DNA of 32,000 bases from Synechocystis sp. PCC 6803 substr. PCC-P. Lineage in GTDB: Bacteria; Cyanobacteriota; Cyanobacteriia; Cyanobacteriales; Microcystaceae. The position numbers were made by a program, and so were the translations under genes. Below, in pieces: positions 26,150 to 32,000 of this stretch. The notes beneath the pieces were generated by a model. The model saw only the letters and a list, made by a program, of their open reading frames with translations, did not search any database and was not told where the DNA came from. Each line of letters opens with the position of its first letter. Position 1 is the first letter of the stretch. The DNA lies in the NCBI RefSeq assembly GCF_000284455.1, contig NC_017039.1:300001-332000 (forward strand), read 5' to 3'.

Positions 26150-26944
26150 ATGAACGCTGTTGCCGCTTGTTTTAATGCCCTTCGTCAACGGGGGGAATGT
26201 GCTTTGATTCCTTTCCTCACAGCGGGGGACCCGGATTTAGCCACCACAGCCGAAGCGTTGCGAATTCTAGACCGGGCAGGGGCGGATTTAATTGAGTTGG
26301 GAGTGCCCTATTCCGATCCTTTGGCCGATGGCCCGGTGATTCAAGCGGCGGCCACTAGGGCTTTACAAAAAGGGGTCAAGTTGGATGATGTGCTCGCCAT
26401 TGTCCGAGAAGTTCACCAAGATATTGCCGCCCCGATAATTTTATTTACCTATTACAATCCTATTTTTTATCAGGGTGTGGAGGTTTTCCTCGACAAAATC
26501 AAGGCCGCTGGAGTGAAGGGTTTGGTGGTGCCGGATTTACCCCTGGAGGAATCTGATCGCCTGTTGGAAGCGACAGCGGAAAGGGGGTTGGAGTTAATTT
26601 TGTTGGTGGCCCCCACCAGTTCCCCAGAAAGACAAACGGCGATCGCCAAAAAGTCCCAGGGCTTTGTTTACTTGGTCAGCGTGACAGGGGTGACGGGGGT
26701 GAGAACGGAAGTGGGATCGAGGGTGGAAGCTTTGTTAGCAGGGATGCGCCAGGTCACCGATAAACCGATTGGAGTTGGTTTTGGTATTTCCCAACCGGAA
26801 CAGGCTGAGCAGGTGAAAGCTTGGGGCGCAGATGCAGTAATTGTAGGAAGCGCCATGGTTAAGCGTTTAGCGGAAGGAACCCCGACGGAAGGATTGCAAG
26901 CTTTGGAAACTTTTTGCCGGGAACTGAAAACGGCCATCAGTTAA
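26150..26944 (+). CDS. trpA: Tryptophan synthase alpha chain
   Basis: 264 aa. TrpA motifs [29 protein letters not shown] and GFGISQPEQ. Confidence 0.95.
   Translation: MNAVAACFNALRQRGECALIPFLTAGDPDLATTAEALRILDRAGADLIELGVPYSDPLADGPVIQAAATRALQKGVKLDDVLAIVREVHQDIAAPIILFTYYNPIFYQGVEVFLDKIKAAGVKGLVVPDLPLEESDRLLEATAERGLELILLVAPTSSPERQTAIAKKSQGFVYLVSVTGVTGVRTEVGSRVEALLAGMRQVTDKPIGVGFGISQPEQAEQVKAWGADAVIVGSAMVKRLAEGTPTEGLQALETFCRELKTAIS
26639..26646. repeat. HIP1 octamer GCGATCGC
   Basis: Exact 8-mer. Confidence 0.9.
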
Positions 26945-27099
26945 AGAAAGTTAGTACGGTTGGCAAGGCTTAAAAGAAGCATAATTTCGGCAAAATTAAG
27001 GGCGGAAATCCCCATCCCCCAAGGAAATTAGCCCGTTTGGGTGAAGACAGCTTGGGTAGTCTCCCTTTATCGTGAGATCAACTGAGCGAGAGGAGAAAG

Positions 27100-27552
27100 A
27101 TGATGAAAACGATCAAAAGTCCATTAATTGCCCTTGGCCTAATTTTTGCTAGCCCCCTCCTATGGGGAGGAACGGCGATCGCCGAAAACGCAAATCAAGT
27201 TCAACAACTGCTGGAAACCAATGCCTGCATGAACTGTGATTTATCCGGGGCTGACTTGTCCGGAGCCCATCTGATTGGGGCAGATTTGCGTAATGCCAAT
27301 TTATCCGGTACAAACCTCAACGAAGCTAACTTGGAAGGGGCTGATTTGACCGGTGCCAATCTGCAAAATGCCGATCTGCGAGGAGCCATGGTCACCAATG
27401 CCACCCTCAACCGAGCTAATTTGACTTCGGCTAACTTTGCCTTTGCTAAACTCTACGACGTGGATGTGACCGGTGCCACCGTTGAGGGTATGAACATCCA
27501 AAATGCGGAAATTTACAACACGGGCATTGGTATTGGCGGCGGCGACGATTGA
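27100..27552 (+). CDS. Secreted pentapeptide-repeat protein
   Basis: Signal peptide (…LWGGTAIA/EN), then about 18 consecutive A(D/N)LxG-type pentapeptides (ADLSGAHLIGADLRNANLSGTNLNEANLEGADLTGANLQNADL). GAGAGGAGAAAG Shine-Dalgarno region upstream. Confidence 0.85.
   Translation: MMKTIKSPLIALGLIFASPLLWGGTAIAENANQVQQLLETNACMNCDLSGADLSGAHLIGADLRNANLSGTNLNEANLEGADLTGANLQNADLRGAMVTNATLNRANLTSANFAFAKLYDVDVTGATVEGMNIQNAEIYNTGIGIGGGDD
27175..27182. repeat. HIP1 octamer GCGATCGC
   Basis: Exact 8-mer. Confidence 0.9.
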
Positions 27553-27582
27553 TGGCCTTGACTGGAGTTGGGCGAGGAAAAG

Positions 27583-27590
27583 GCGATCGC
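27583..27590. repeat. HIP1 octamer GCGATCGC
   Basis: Exact 8-mer. Confidence 0.9.
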
Positions 27591-27603
27591 CATGGCTCAA
27601 TGG

Positions 27604-27981
27604 TTAACGGCCATGTTCCTGTCTTTCCTGTTCAATTTCCATTCTGATTTCCGATTCCAGTTCTTTACCAAGAAAATAGTTTAAAAAAGTCCTGATTACA
27701 GCGATTAGCCCTAGTTTGCTCAAGCTTTCTAGGGTAGGGGCGATGGTGGTGGAAAGGATATCTGCCCCCAATTGGAATTCCAGGGCTAGAGCCAACCACA
27801 AACCGAATTGCAAGCGAATACTGTTGAAAAATTTGGGCGTATTCATAGTACGGCGATCGCCAGCCCAGACCATTTGCAAAGTTTTCACTAGCCCGAGAAT
27901 AATACACAGCACGGAAACACTTTCCAGCACAAACCTGGTAATGCTGACTAAATTGCCCAGATAATGATCCAAAATTTCCAT
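27604..27981 (-). CDS. Small integral membrane protein (DUF1622-like, from memory)
   Basis: 125 aa with ATG start, three to four hydrophobic segments and a charged C-terminal tail (ELESEIRMEIEQERQEHGR). Confidence 0.55.
   Translation of the reverse strand: MEILDHYLGNLVSITRFVLESVSVLCIILGLVKTLQMVWAGDRRTMNTPKFFNSIRLQFGLWLALALEFQLGADILSTTIAPTLESLSKLGLIAVIRTFLNYFLGKELESEIRMEIEQERQEHGR
27853..27860. repeat. HIP1 octamer GCGATCGC
   Basis: Exact 8-mer. Confidence 0.9.
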
Positions 27982-28005
27982 AGTTTTATTCCTTTGCCTT
28001 TTAGT

Positions 28006-29181
28006 CTAGTTTTGGTCAAGAAATTGACCGATTTTTTTGGCCGCCGTAGCCAAAATATCCGGCTCCTGTACTAAGGCAAAACGTACATAACCTTCCCCCC
28101 CTGCACCAAAGCCAGACCCTGGAGAAAGGGCAACACCGGTTTTAGCCACCAGTTTTTGACAAAATTCCAAGGAATTGCCAAGCCAACTTTCAGGTAATGG
28201 TGCCCAAACATACATGGTGGCAGTGGGCAGAGGCACAGCCCAGCCAATCTTCGCTAAAGCATCAATCAATGTTGCCCGGCGTTGGGCAAAAATTTGCACG
28301 GTTTGTTGCACAGTTTCCGGTGGACTTTCCAGGGCGGCGATTGCCCCTTGGAGAATGCCTGCGTATTGATTAAAATCCACCACCGCTTTGATTTTTTTCA
28401 GGGCAGAAATTAACTGGATATTACCAATGGCAAAACCAATACGGAAGCCCCCCATATTATAGGATTTGGAAAAGGTAAAAAATTCAATGGCACAGGATTT
28501 TTGTCGGTCTGCTTGCAAAACTGACGGTGGCATTGCTATACCATCAAAAACCAAATCCATGTAGGGAAAATCATGTACTAATACTAAATCATGGTCACGA
28601 CAAAACTGCACCGCCGTTTGAAAAAATTCTAAGCTGGCGATCGCCGTGGTGGGATTGTGGGGATAGCTGAGCACCGTCATTTTGGCCTTGGCTAAAACTG
28701 AGTTGGGAATGGCCGTAAACACTGGCAAAAATTGGTTTTCCGAGCGCAACGCCATGGGATAAATTTCTCCCCCCGCCAGGTACACGCCCCCCATGTGGGA
28801 GGGATAACCAGGGTCCATCAACAGAGCCACATCGCCGGGATTCAACACCGCCAACGGTAAATGGGCTGTGCCTTCCTGGGAACCAATCAGGGGCAGCACT
28901 TCCGTTTCCGCATCCACCGCTAGGCCAAAACGCTTTTCGTACCAAACGGCGATCGCCTGCCGCAATGGTAGGGTTCCCTGGTGCAATAAATAACCATGGG
29001 TGCTGGGATCTTCTAAAGCTTTGGCGATCGTGGCCAGAATGGGGGCAGGAGTAGGTAAATCAGAGGAGCCAAGGGAAAGATCAATAATGGTTTGACCCTG
29101 GGCCCGGGCTTGGGCCTTAGCCAAGTCCATATCAGCAAAAACATTACCACCAAAGGCGTTGAGACGATCAGCAAATTGCAT
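28006..29181 (-). CDS. Class I/II PLP-dependent aminotransferase (aspartate/aromatic-type fold)
   Basis: PLP-lysine motif SFSKSYNMGGFRIG, and the NPTT segment in LSYPHNPTTAI. The ORF opens with TTG at 29187; ATG at 29181. Substrate cannot be assigned from sequence. Confidence 0.85.
   Translation of the reverse strand: MQFADRLNAFGGNVFADMDLAKAQARAQGQTIIDLSLGSSDLPTPAPILATIAKALEDPSTHGYLLHQGTLPLRQAIAVWYEKRFGLAVDAETEVLPLIGSQEGTAHLPLAVLNPGDVALLMDPGYPSHMGGVYLAGGEIYPMALRSENQFLPVFTAIPNSVLAKAKMTVLSYPHNPTTAIASLEFFQTAVQFCRDHDLVLVHDFPYMDLVFDGIAMPPSVLQADRQKSCAIEFFTFSKSYNMGGFRIGFAIGNIQLISALKKIKAVVDFNQYAGILQGAIAALESPPETVQQTVQIFAQRRATLIDALAKIGWAVPLPTATMYVWAPLPESWLGNSLEFCQKLVAKTGVALSPGSGFGAGGEGYVRFALVQEPDILATAAKKIGQFLDQN
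28637..28644. repeat. HIP1 octamer GCGATCGC
   Basis: Exact 8-mer. Confidence 0.9.
28949..28956. repeat. HIP1 octamer GCGATCGC
   Basis: Exact 8-mer. Confidence 0.9.
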
Positions 29182-29221
29182 AAACAAAACTATTTTATTA
29201 GAAACTTTGTAATCGAATTGG

Positions 29222-29521
29222 TTAGCGTTCGTAACAGCTAATAAATTCTCGAATTACCCAACCCCAAACCCGATAACGATCCTGATAATAACCAGCAACT
29301 TTGGCCCAAGGGCGGCCTTGTTGGTCAAAATCAATTTCTAGGATTTCCACTTCTCGATTATTTCTTAAAGCATTAATAACTTGACCATTGGGACTTTCTC
29401 TAACATTGAGAGGCGTACCGGTAGGATCAGTAACTTTACAAATTTCCTTTGCTTGGGAAGGAATTGCTGTTAAGACGAAGCAAAAAATGCTGGTTAAAAA
29501 TAAACTTTTAAAGAAAGCCAT
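29222..29521 (-). CDS. Secreted bacterial SH3-domain protein
   Basis: Signal peptide MAFFKSLFLTSIFCFVLTAIPSQA, then an SH3b-like core (PLNVRESPNGQVINALRNNREVEILE...WAKV...GWV). ATG at 29521 (the ORF opens with TTG at 29527). Confidence 0.65.
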   Translation of the reverse strand: MAFFKSLFLTSIFCFVLTAIPSQAKEICKVTDPTGTPLNVRESPNGQVINALRNNREVEILEIDFDQQGRPWAKVAGYYQDRYRVWGWVIREFISCYER

Positions 29522-29554
29522 TGGCAAAAAATCTACTATTCCGTCAGGACTTGT

Positions 29555-31060
29555 TTACACGTCATAGCCAAACAAGTTGGGATTAACTTCGGTTAAATTA
29601 ATATCCCCCAAACCGTACTCGGCCCAGCGTTGGCTGACCTGCTCCGCCATGGCTGGATCGGACTCCAATACTTCTCCCCATTCATGATCCGTTTCCGGGG
29701 GAATTTTGGTGGTGGCATCAATACCCATGCGGCCGCCCAAACCAATTTTTTCACTGGCAAAATCGAGGCTGTCAAAGGGGGTTTCCGGCAAAATAAACAC
29801 GTCCCGCACCGGGTCAACTTTGGAGCTGATGGCCCAGACCACCTGGCGGGGATCGCGGATGTTAATACTCTTATCCACCACAATGACGAATTTGGTGTAG
29901 GTAAATTGGGGTAGAGCACTCCAAAAAGCCAGGGCCGCCCGCTTAGCTTGCCCCGGATAAGCTTTGTCAATGGAAATAATGGCAGCTTTGTAACTCAACG
30001 CTTCCATGGGCAAAAAGAAGTCGGTGATTTCCGAAACCTGTTGCCGCAAAATTGGCGTATAAATCCGGTTCAAGGCGATCGCCATCATGGCTTCTTCTTT
30101 GGGGGGACGACCGCTGAAAGTAGTTAAATAAACGGGATTTTTGCGGTGGGTCAGACACTGGAACCGCACTAGGGGAGAATCCTCCACGCCGCCGTAGTAG
30201 CCCATGTGATCGCCAAAGGGGCCATCGGGTAACATTTCGCCGGGGGTAATGGTACCTTCCAGCACAAATTCTGAGTCCGCCGGCACTTCCAAATCGACGG
30301 TTTTACATTTAGCTAGGGCCACCCCAGAACCACCGTATAACCCCGCAAATAACCATTCTGACAAATCCACCGGGATCGGTGTGGCCGCCGCCATAATAAT
30401 TAATGGATCTACCCCCAAGGCGATCGCCACTTCTAATTTTTTGCCCTGTTCCGCCGCTTTGCGTAAATGCCTGGCCCCTCCCCGCACCGACAGCCAATGG
30501 ACCGTCATGGTGGTTTTGGATTGCAGTTGCAGACGATAAACCCCCACATTGGGGGTGCCCGTTTCACAGTCCTTGGTGATCACTAAACCAAGGGTAATAA
30601 TTTTGCCCGCATCACCGGGATAGGGCCGGATCAAGGGGATTTGGTTTAAATCGAGATTTTCACCATCGATGACTACTTCTTGGCAGGGGGGAAAGAAGTT
30701 ACGCCCTGGTTTGGCCTTGAGCACATCAAACAACACTTTGCCAAAATCAATGGCCTGGGAAATTTTCTTGGGCGGCTTAGGCTGTTGCAACAGGGCTAGC
30801 TTTTTGCCCAAATCCTCCAACTCCAGAGGATGGTCCATATTCATGGCCCAACAGATGCGCTCCACTGTGCCCATCAAATTCACCGCCACCGGGAAAGGGG
30901 AGCCTTTGACATTCTCAAATAACAGCCCTGGGCCACCGGCCTGTAGCATCCGGTTAGAGATTTCCGCCACTTCCAAATCGGGATCCACCTCAGCGGTAAT
31001 GCGGCGCAACTGCCCCCGTGTTTCCAACAACTGGATGAATCCCCGTAAATCTCTGGCCAT
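29555..31060 (-). CDS. ubiD: UbiD-family (prenyl-FMN dependent) 4-hydroxybenzoate-type decarboxylase
   Basis: 501 aa with full-length UbiD-type sequence (MARDLRGFIQLLETRGQLRRI, GPGLLFENVKGS, VGVYRLQ, GARHLR, PDGPFGDHMGYY). Confidence 0.9.
   Translation of the reverse strand: MARDLRGFIQLLETRGQLRRITAEVDPDLEVAEISNRMLQAGGPGLLFENVKGSPFPVAVNLMGTVERICWAMNMDHPLELEDLGKKLALLQQPKPPKKISQAIDFGKVLFDVLKAKPGRNFFPPCQEVVIDGENLDLNQIPLIRPYPGDAGKIITLGLVITKDCETGTPNVGVYRLQLQSKTTMTVHWLSVRGGARHLRKAAEQGKKLEVAIALGVDPLIIMAAATPIPVDLSEWLFAGLYGGSGVALAKCKTVDLEVPADSEFVLEGTITPGEMLPDGPFGDHMGYYGGVEDSPLVRFQCLTHRKNPVYLTTFSGRPPKEEAMMAIALNRIYTPILRQQVSEITDFFLPMEALSYKAAIISIDKAYPGQAKRAALAFWSALPQFTYTKFVIVVDKSINIRDPRQVVWAISSKVDPVRDVFILPETPFDSLDFASEKIGLGGRMGIDATTKIPPETDHEWGEVLESDPAMAEQVSQRWAEYGLGDINLTEVNPNLFGYDV
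30075..30082. repeat. HIP1 octamer GCGATCGC
   Basis: Exact 8-mer. Confidence 0.9.
30420..30427. repeat. HIP1 octamer GCGATCGC
   Basis: Exact 8-mer. Confidence 0.9.
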
Positions 31061-31143
31061 GGCTGATGTCTAAACAAATACGCTCTCTAGCTTAACGGGT
31101 TTAGCCCGACCAGGATGGCGATCTCCAACGAGAATTTGCCGCT

Positions 31144-32000
31144 ATGCTAGGGGTTGACAATGATAGACGGCAAAAATTGTTGAAAACTTTTCATCCCCTT
31201 ACGGCGATCGCCGTCACTCCCCAAGCCGTTAAATTGCTTCTGCCCGTGGTGGAAACGTTGACGGGAAAATTGCTTTTATCAAAATCTTTGGCAGAGGAAT
31301 TAGAGCTTGGCAAAAATTCCCTAGTGGAAACCTATGGCGATTCTTTGGCAACGGCTGTGGCAGAACGCTGGAATAACCATCAAGCCTTTATTTTTGGTTT
31401 AGCCACGGGGGCCGTAGTCCGCTTAATTGCTCCTTTATTGCAAAGTAAACAAAGTGATCCCGCTGTGCTGGTGGTGGATGCCATGGGTCAATCGGTGATT
31501 AGTTTACTCAGCGGCCACCAAGGGGGAGGCGATCGCCTGGCGCAGATAGTGGCGGAACAGTTGCAGGCAAAAGCAATTCTCACTGGCGGGGCCAATGGCT
31601 TGGGGCAGATAGCAGTGGATTGTTTAGGCATCCCCTTTGGTTGGCGCAAAGGAAAAGGAGATTGGACAGCGGTAAGTTCTGCTTTGGCCGCTCAAAAATT
31701 AGTAGGAGTAACACAAACGGCGGGGTTAACTCTTTGGCAAAATCATTTACCCCCAGGCCATGGTTTTACTTTTTCTGGAACTAAGGAGACGACGGCAACC
31801 TTATTAATCACCGTTCAAGAAAGTAATTTGGAAAAACTGAATAAACCCATGGCCCCATGGCATCCCCGACTGTTATGGATTGGCGTTGGCTGTGTGCGGG
31901 GTACGGATTTAGCTTTGTTAGAACGGGCTTTGTTAGAAGTTTTAGAACGGGAAAATTTAAGCCCTTTGGCGATCGCGGGCCTGGCCAGTGTCCATTTAAA
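31144..32000 (+). CDS. cbiG: Cobalamin biosynthesis protein CbiG domain (cobalt-precorrin-5A hydrolase type), 3' end beyond the window
   Basis: Not in the supplied ORF track because no stop falls inside the window. My translation from the ATG at 31144 stays open to 31998. It gives ...FIFGLATGAVVRLIAPLL..VVDAMGQSVISLLSGHQGGGDRLA...LLWIGVGCVRG, which resembles CbiG N-terminal, middle and C-terminal regions. It may be the front of a CbiG-methyltransferase fusion. Confidence 0.8.
   Translation, partial: MLGVDNDRRQKLLKTFHPLTAIAVTPQAVKLLLPVVETLTGKLLLSKSLAEELELGKNSLVETYGDSLATAVAERWNNHQAFIFGLATGAVVRLIAPLLQSKQSDPAVLVVDAMGQSVISLLSGHQGGGDRLAQIVAEQLQAKAILTGGANGLGQIAVDCLGIPFGWRKGKGDWTAVSSALAAQKLVGVTQTAGLTLWQNHLPPGHGFTFSGTKETTATLLITVQESNLEKLNKPMAPWHPRLLWIGVGCVRGTDLALLERALLEVLERENLSPLAIAGLASVHL
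31204..31211. repeat. HIP1 octamer GCGATCGC
   Basis: Exact 8-mer. Confidence 0.9.
31529..31536. repeat. HIP1 octamer GCGATCGC
   Basis: Exact 8-mer. Confidence 0.9.
31969..31976. repeat. HIP1 octamer GCGATCGC
   Basis: Exact 8-mer. Confidence 0.9.

Noticed and set aside
31061-31143. Cobalamin riboswitch upstream of cbiG.
   Set aside because: The spacer is only 83 bp and is shared with the divergent ubiD promoter. It is too short for the riboswitch, and no B12-box-like element was seen.
1-32000. CRISPR arrays, insertion sequences, transposases, toxin-antitoxin pairs or known defence-system genes.
   Set aside because: I saw no regularly spaced direct repeats, no terminal inverted repeats flanking an ORF, and no transposase, integrase, Cas or TA-like proteins in any frame. 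The Uma2 nuclease is solitary.

Overview
This window reads as ordinary core chromosome of a unicellular cyanobacterium. It is most likely Synechocystis sp. PCC 6803 or a very close relative. That call rests on the very high density of the HIP1 octamer GCGATCGC and on a gene order I recognise from memory; no search was run.

I support 30 protein-coding genes, two of them cut by the window edges, and one tRNA-Pro(CGG).

Gene order, left to right:
- UDP-glucose dehydrogenase (3' part), UbiH-like flavin hydroxylase
- LapA/DUF1049-like membrane protein and CrcB (overlapping, minus strand), then a small membrane ORF
- HmpF/Slr1301-like coiled-coil protein, CupB/ChpX CO2-hydration protein, EgtB-like sulfoxide synthase
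- GlcE (minus), REC-PAS-PAS-GGDEF-EAL regulator, membrane GTPase-like/DUF697 protein
- DUF985 cupin, Lgt, Uma2 nuclease, HemF and heme oxygenase 1 (all minus)
- a hypothetical protein, L28, Ycf66-like protein with a long acidic tail, tRNA-Pro, a secreted hypothetical protein (minus)
- ferredoxin-sulfite reductase, FTR1 iron permease, DnaN, TrpA, a secreted pentapeptide-repeat protein
- DUF1622-like protein, class I/II aminotransferase, SH3b protein and UbiD (all minus)
- the 5' part of a CbiG gene, which is missing from the supplied ORF track

I found no rRNA, CRISPR array, transposase, integrase or phage genes, and no compositionally foreign block.

I could not identify a compact, clearly novel multi-gene system. 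The leads most worth checking are:
- a ribbon-helix-helix-like tail on the C-terminus of sulfite reductase
- the GGDEF-EAL regulator paired with a membrane GTPase-like protein, near an HmpF-like motility protein
- the Ycf66-N protein with a roughly 380-aa hyperacidic tail
- crcB translationally coupled to a LapA-like partner, with no recognisable fluoride riboswitch
- a small SD-preceded membrane ORF followed by a T9 tract

All family assignments come from motif and pattern recognition by eye. Locus-tag-level identifications are recollection and remain unverified.
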